Assembly (NCBI GenBank): GCA_001001115.1
Contig: LCIO01000001.1
Span: 172,710 to 236,709, forward strand
Length of the DNA stretch: 64,000 nt
Reading direction: 5' to 3'
DNA from: Candidatus Wolfebacteria bacterium GW2011_GWA1_44_24
GTDB taxonomy: Bacteria > Patescibacteriota > Minisyncoccia > UBA6257 > UBA9933
Shown here one piece after another: positions 63,222 to 64,000 of this stretch. The translations under genes were made by a program, and so were the position numbers. Numbering within the stretch: position 1 is the stretch's first letter; every line of letters begins with the position of its first letter. The notes below the pieces were generated by a model that was given only the letters and a program-made list of their open reading frames with translations, was not told the DNA's origin and made no database searches.

Positions 63222-64000
63222 CTAATCCATCTTCTGGAATTTATAAGACGCGAAAGCGAGAACGGAAAATACATTCAAATAAGTCGGCAAAACGTCGAAC
63301 AAAACAATCCCCTGAACTAAATAGGCGACGGGAATGGCGAATATCAAAGCGTTTTGCAAAGCCGATTGGCGACGCTGATCATCACGCCTCTTGAACAATT
63401 GCCAATAGAACACCGCAAAAATTCCCAAATAACTCGATAACCCCAAAATACCCGTTTCCGCCAGATAATCGAAATATATGCTGTGCGCCCTGTCAAACCA
63501 GGCGCCAAAGCCTTCTGTTGGATTGAAATATTGAACATTAAAATGCCGGTCAAAAATATTGATAAAATTTTCCGGCCCCCAGCCTAAAAGCGGCCGCTCT
63601 TTAAAACCGTCATAGGCGATTTTCCACATGTAAGTCCGATGCTGCCAAGTCTGGGCCGAAAAAGAAATGTCAAAAACCCGCGAACCGGGAATAGATTTTA
63701 CAAACGCCGTATCTTTGAAATAAACCATCGTGCCGACTGCCAGCAATAAAACAACCACTCCCCCGAAAAACCATTTGCGCAGATTTTTCCTGCCGTACAC
63801 GAAATAAGCCGTTCCCGCGACAATTGCCGCCAATAATCCCACAAACGCGCCGCGAGTCGCCGCCAGCCAGAAAAAGACAAAAAACAAAATCATAAAAAAC
63901 ATCAAAATAATTCCTTTTAATGTTTTTAATTTTTCCCAATAAAAAATAATTCCGCGGGAATTTTTATCTGACTCGCGCCGGTCAGCGCCGAATAAAAGAT
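63222..64000 (-). CDS. O-antigen ligase/polymerase family (Wzy_C domain) membrane protein, 5' end beyond window
   Basis: The track ORF is 63222..63905. I checked that the frame stays open to position 64000 (…FGADRRESDKNSRGIIFYWEKLKTLKGIIL-MFFMILFF…). It is multi-TM, has ATRGAFVGLLAA, and carries the periplasmic loop HRTYMWKIAYDGFKERPLLGWGPENF typical of Wzy_C proteins. Confidence 0.7.
   Translation of the reverse strand, partial: LLFGADRRESDKNSRGIIFYWEKLKTLKGIILMFFMILFFVFFWLAATRGAFVGLLAAIVAGTAYFVYGRKNLRKWFFGGVVVLLLAVGTMVYFKDTAFVKSIPGSRVFDISFSAQTWQHRTYMWKIAYDGFKERPLLGWGPENFINIFDRHFNVQYFNPTEGFGAWFDRAHSIYFDYLAETGILGLSSYLGIFAVFYWQLFKRRDDQRRQSALQNALIFAIPVAYLVQGIVLFDVLPTYLNVFSVLAFASYKFQKMD

Noticed and set aside
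1-64000. Possibility of an alternative genetic code (UGA as Gly, as in Gracilibacteria/Absconditabacteria-type CPR).
   Set aside because: Conserved proteins end at TGA where homologues are expected to end; clpP, for example, stops with TGA at 1878-1880. All long ORFs are intact under the standard bacterial code.
1-64000. Search for CRISPR arrays, tRNA/rRNA/tmRNA genes, transposases, integrases, reverse transcriptase/DGR components, restriction-modification systems, toxin-antitoxin pairs and other defence systems.
   Set aside because: No intergenic region exceeds 167 bp and none has tRNA-like T-arm motifs. No regularly spaced repeats were seen. No ORF shows the hallmark motifs of these families. 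The repeat protein at 25925-27214 has no adjacent RT or template repeat.

Overview
The window is a 64 kb AT-rich, densely coding bacterial fragment. About 95% of the genes are on the minus strand, and many have 4-40 nt overlaps. No rRNA, tRNA, CRISPR array, transposase, integrase, reverse transcriptase or recognisable defence gene was found.

The gene content suggests a small-genome Patescibacteria/CPR-like organism, but this is inference only. The supporting signs are a split two-subunit transketolase, a pyruvoyl arginine decarboxylase, DUF2723/TPR membrane proteins, an SPW-repeat protein, a short hingeless SMC, and almost no Shine-Dalgarno sequences. The genetic code is standard, with TGA used as a stop.

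- **1-29.1 kb, housekeeping:** a lytic transglycosylase (partial), rplY, clpP, ppa, nusA, trmD, a KH protein, rpsP, smc, rnc, nusB and rpmF. These are followed by a contiguous deoxypyrimidine block: dcd, a three-domain ThyA-like protein, tmk, then a GC-richer thyX plus a broken second tmk. After that come rnhB and a pentose-phosphate/glycolysis operon (fba, an unknown gene, a PfkB kinase, tkt subunits, rpe, gap, pdaD, rpiB). The section ends with a GT-C/TPR protein, a SpoU methyltransferase, a secreted repeat protein, trxB, a glutaredoxin-like protein, an SPW protein and a zinc-ribbon protein.
- **29.3-64 kb, glycan locus:** one very large (about 35 kb) glycan assembly locus that starts at a compact bidirectional promoter. 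It holds a priming phosphoglycosyl transferase, a flippase, an AsnB-type amidotransferase, about 9 GT-A/GT-B glycosyltransferases and 5 methyltransferases. It also encodes GDP-mannose, UDP-xylose and UDP-Gal nucleotide-sugar enzymes, a C5-epimerase-like protein, a bi-domain oxidoreductase, an HprK-like P-loop protein and a GDPD/nucleotidyltransferase/HAD module. A polyprenyl-P GT2 plus GT-C pair and an O-antigen-ligase-family protein (partial) close the window.

The observations most worth a second look are:
- the ThyA-like fusion and the apparently imported thyX-tmk module
- a 27-position imperfect hairpin immediately upstream of rnc
- an exact 36-nt perfect palindrome inserted in-frame in the SpoU gene
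- the hingeless, cysteine-free mini-SMC
- several unusual fusions and orphan genes in the glycan locus

All functional calls come from motif recognition by eye. No database search or structure prediction was run.
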